Shown: piece by piece, positions 60,344 to 64,000 of the stretch
Numbering within the stretch: position 1 is the stretch's first letter
How the letters are laid out: every line of letters starts with the position of its first letter
DNA from: Octopus vulgaris
Taxonomy: Eukaryota
Direction: 5' to 3'
Length of the DNA: 64,000 nucleotides
Assembly: GCA_951406725.2 (NCBI GenBank)
Contig: OX597828.1
Span: 5,084,001 to 5,148,000 of the forward strand
Program-made: the position numbers and the translations under genes
The notes under the pieces: model-generated
What the model was told of the DNA's origin: nothing
What the model saw: only the letters and a program-made list of their open reading frames with translations
Databases searched by the model: none

Positions 60344-60536
60344 ATTTAGGGTATCTAAGAGATACCTCCACGCCGGGAATAGCAGTCAAAATTTCACTCT
60401 AAAACCACATTAAATGTTCATACTGTACCATACTCCGGGGGCAGTATGATCTTTTAATGTGATTTTAGACTCAAGTTTTTGCTGGTATTTCCAGCGTGGA
60501 GGAGATATCACTTAGATACCCTAAATTATAATTTTA
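60334..60536. repeat. Fold-back element (arms ~60334-60425 / 60442-60536) between (TA)n tracts
   Basis: taaaattataatttagggtatctaag / cttagataccctaaattataatttta; cctccacgc / gcgtggagg; tcatactg / cagtatga. Confidence 0.88.
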
Positions 60537-60619
60537 ATAATAATTATTGCCTTTGAATGTGTTTATTCCCATGTGGGCCACTTGATAGGACCGATAATTA
60601 AATTAACAATCTTATCCTT

Positions 60620-60686
<67 letters not shown>

Positions 60687-60734
60687 TACGCTTAAGTAAA
60701 AACTTGATAATGATTATATATATATATGTATGTG

Positions 60735-60778
<44 letters not shown>

Positions 60779-62040
60779 TATTCAATAACTGTACTGTTAT
60801 CTTTAGTGTTTTGAAGCATTCACTATCACCTCCCACCAGGTTTCATATACACTGTATCCGATATATATCATGTAACAAATATATATTTTGTAAATTTGTT
60901 TAATACAATTTTATTTCAAATCTCCCGGTTGCAAAGAATACCTCCAAATAGGTCAACAGAAAATCACTCTAGTTTCCTGTTGCTATATTTTATTTGTAAA
61001 CAGTGACCTACTAGTAGAAAAAACCATTTCTTTCACATGATCATATTTACACGCTTGATATTATGCTCTGTCACTTATGTGAGAGATTGGTAAATTAATC
61101 TTTTCTACTAACCATTACCAAACATAGTAGTACAAACAATCAGGTTAAACTTAGTTGTAGGTGTTAATTATGGAATCCTTTGTAAGTAATATTTTAGCTA
61201 TGATCCTATCGTGAAAATCCAACGAAATATTCAACACAACTTAGTGAGGTGAATATTTATAGAATAAGATATTCCGAAACAAGGAGAAATATAAGCATTG
61301 GATTTCAGGCAATGCGCATGATATGATAACACCATATAGTGCATAAGCTTCCATTTTATCTTAGAAACAGAAAGCGAAAATATATGTTGAGATTGAAAAT
61401 TAAAATAACATCACTGTAAATATACAGAGGATTATTTTACAAAAACAACTATGCTTATGAACATAAAATGTTTTATTAAAGAAATGAATTTAGAAGGAAC
61501 GAGCTTCAGCGATATCAAGCGAAATGGATATCAAGCAACATCACTCATCATAACACAAATGAAGATGGAGACCGTTTTGAAAGTTCTTAACAGTTTAATG
61601 GAGAATGTAAGGGGATGCGATGAAAAGTTGTATAAAAATACTAGAGATCCTAAAGCCATAGTAATTTTAGCTCGAGTGCTCCATATTATCGATCTTGATA
61701 TGAGAATATCTTCCTGGTATAATATATCTCAATATAAACAAAACAGTGAATTCCCAAAGTGAGACTAGCGAAAATATAGCAATCAAAAGGGGGTGACTGT
61801 ATCTGTAGTGAAGTATATAATTATAGATGTGGTGTGTTAATATTTGCTTTTATGTATAAATATATAAGTCTGTATGTATGCTGTGTGTGTATTTGTTTCT
61901 TCACATTTATGTATGTATATAAATATGTATATATATAAATTGCTTTGCAACAAGCTGGTGGTGGTTCGTTTCAGCAAGAATTGTAGTTATTAGAACAGAG
62001 AACGAAACTAATTAAATCTAGATGCCGTTGGGATGGCGTC

Positions 62041-62074
62041 TCAACCGTTTCGAGCAACAGCTTTCTTCAGGTTT
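62041..62074 (-). ncRNA. Decayed minimal hammerhead motif
   Basis: Minus strand CTGAAGA AAGC TGTT GCTC GAAA CGGTTGA; stem I and cleavage site not intact. Confidence 0.4.
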
Positions 62075-62986
62075 GCGATGAAATAGAAAGAAAAGGAAGA
62101 TACAAGTATTTTTTTTTTGATCCTGTGGATTATCTCTTTTGACAGCTACTTAGAGAACACGAAACAGCTGAAGACTGAAAGCGTAGACAGGAAATAGTAG
62201 TGGGTAAATGATAAAGCAGAAATTACTATATTTACAAAGAAAGAGAAACATTTTTTTTAAAACACAACGGTGGCATGATCCCAAGGTGGCATGATTCTTA
62301 CGCTTCCTTGAGCGGACCAATCAAGTGCAGAGATACAGTGGTTAATGTATAGCCAGTCGTGTTGAAGTTGGTGATGACAAGTAGACCTGTCATATGTTGA
62401 AGTTTACAAGGAATGTTTTCTCGAAAGCATTCAGGCGGCCTATTAATGTATACTGAGGTCGCTAGAAGCCTAGCATAAATTTTGTGAGACGTAGGGCAAC
62501 TTATAGCTGCAGTGCTGTAACTACGTGTTGTAACTACAACGATCCAACTTTTAAATCCTTGATTACGTAATTTAAGTAGGTGGTAGCCATGAAGGCTATT
62601 CGAAGTTTCTCTGATTCTTTACAAGAAGAAATGATACAGGAGACACAATGCTGATGAAGATGCTTTCGGATAGAGTTTAGAATTAAATCTGTAAGTATCA
62701 GGAATGCGGATAGTGTAGGAGAGAAGTGTCACTGAGTGGCATGAGGGACTGCAAAATTTTCACATTCTAATAAGAAATCGAAATCGATGATTGCGAATCG
62801 TATAATGGTTTCAGTGTGCTTGAGGTGAGAGGAAATAGTGGAGCTGCAGTAAGAGACGGTGAATTTCTAATGGCTGAAGGTGGCTATTAGATATTGTAGT
62901 GTGGTGATATCAACAACTGCAAAGATGGTTATACATACACATGCCTTTGCATGTGTACATGTATTTATGTATGTATATGTAGAAAT

Positions 62987-63064
<78 letters not shown>

Positions 63065-63677
63065 TTATATATATCCATACAAATTAATACACATATACGT
63101 CATTAAAACTCTATTGGGAAATATTTTCTTAAAACCCCAAGCGGTAGTAAACTAATTGAAAGCAAGCATTACGTTCCGTTCCGAATTACTTCAATTATAC
63201 CTGAAGTCGGTTTTACAGGCAGGTAGGGTTCGTAGAGGCATGGAATGAATGAAGTTTTTATGATTCCGACACACTACGTTTAGCAACCGAGCACTTCATT
63301 TCACTTTATGAGTTTTGGACGCGGTTGAATTTTCTGTAAACGAACTCAATAGATTATGAATAAATCCACCATACTTTCTTCAATACATACATACATACAT
63401 TCATACATACATACATACTGTTGTGTGGAAGTAGAATACCCCTATTTGGTTGGCTCCTAATGGACTGTGCCACAATATAAATGGACATGCGTAGAAAGTG
63501 TGGGGAGAGAAGCGCCTCACAATTTTGGGGGATTGTTCCACATTGTTATTATATATTTTTGTAGGTCTCCCCGCGCGGATAAATCAAGATTCATTAAATT
63601 GTTAAATTCTTGGATTACTAAAGTGTTGAATTCTGTCGCTGTTTTTGCCTGTTTTGGAGATAATTTCTTTCCCAGTT

Positions 63678-64000
63678 ATGGGTGAATTGGTGAAAGGAGG
63701 TGAAATGGAGCGTGTCGCAAGTTATCTATCCACAACTACACAATGTATTACGACGAACACCTTTGAAGTTCGTGAGATAAAAACAGACACAAAGGAATGG
63801 AAAAAAGGAAACACACTGTTACAAAAGGAAGGGGCCAGGTTAAAGCTGAACCAACCAGAAGAAGTGACGAAGAATGTAGCAAGGAAAACTGTTATGTACA
63901 GGACGTTATCAAACGCTACCAAAGAAATAGAGATTGTCCCAATAGAGGCAATTGAGGAATGTCTACGTGAAAGGACTGTCCACATTCTATACAAGTGGAA
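63678..64000 (+). CDS. Open frame running off the window, possibly a LINE ORF1
   Basis: ATG at 63678; MGELVKGGEMERVASYLST...EVTKNVARKTVMYRTLSNATKEIEIVPIEAIEECL...; ~107 complex codons without a stop; missing from the ORF track. Confidence 0.35.
   Translation, partial: MGELVKGGEMERVASYLSTTTQCITTNTFEVREIKTDTKEWKKGNTLLQKEGARLKLNQPEEVTKNVARKTVMYRTLSNATKEIEIVPIEAIEECLRERTVHILYKW

Noticed and set aside
59388-61762. Further PLE remnants (IKWSNI-like motif; similar traces at 50560-50900)
   Set aside because: Too degenerate to call by eye; needs a translated HMM search

Overview
Eukaryotic, AT-rich, microsatellite-saturated DNA with no securely identifiable host protein-coding gene. The SINE families and repeat landscape suggest an octopod cephalopod genome (inference). 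Almost all listed ORFs are translations of (TA)n, (TACA)n, (TATC)n, (CA)n, (CAT)n or (TAA)n repeats. The recognisable content is transposon-derived: tRNA-derived SINEs, a hAT MITE with an 8-bp TSD, two mariner remnants, three Helitrons, a non-autonomous Gypsy-type LTR element (LTRs, tRNA-Leu PBS, PPT, 4-bp TSD), R4/Dong-like restriction-like-endonuclease LINEs embedded in (TAA)n or (TACA)n, and Penelope-like (PLE) RT and GIY-YIG remnants. The most striking unannotated signal is about ten type-I hammerhead-ribozyme motifs from several unrelated sequence families. They have palindromic stem III and most sit in fold-back cassettes beside (TA)n tracts. Examples include a 336-bp spacer-less palindrome with back-to-back ribozymes, a pair of copies with compensatory base changes, and a family with a CUGUNGAA core variant. 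Structures were folded by eye and no activity is shown.
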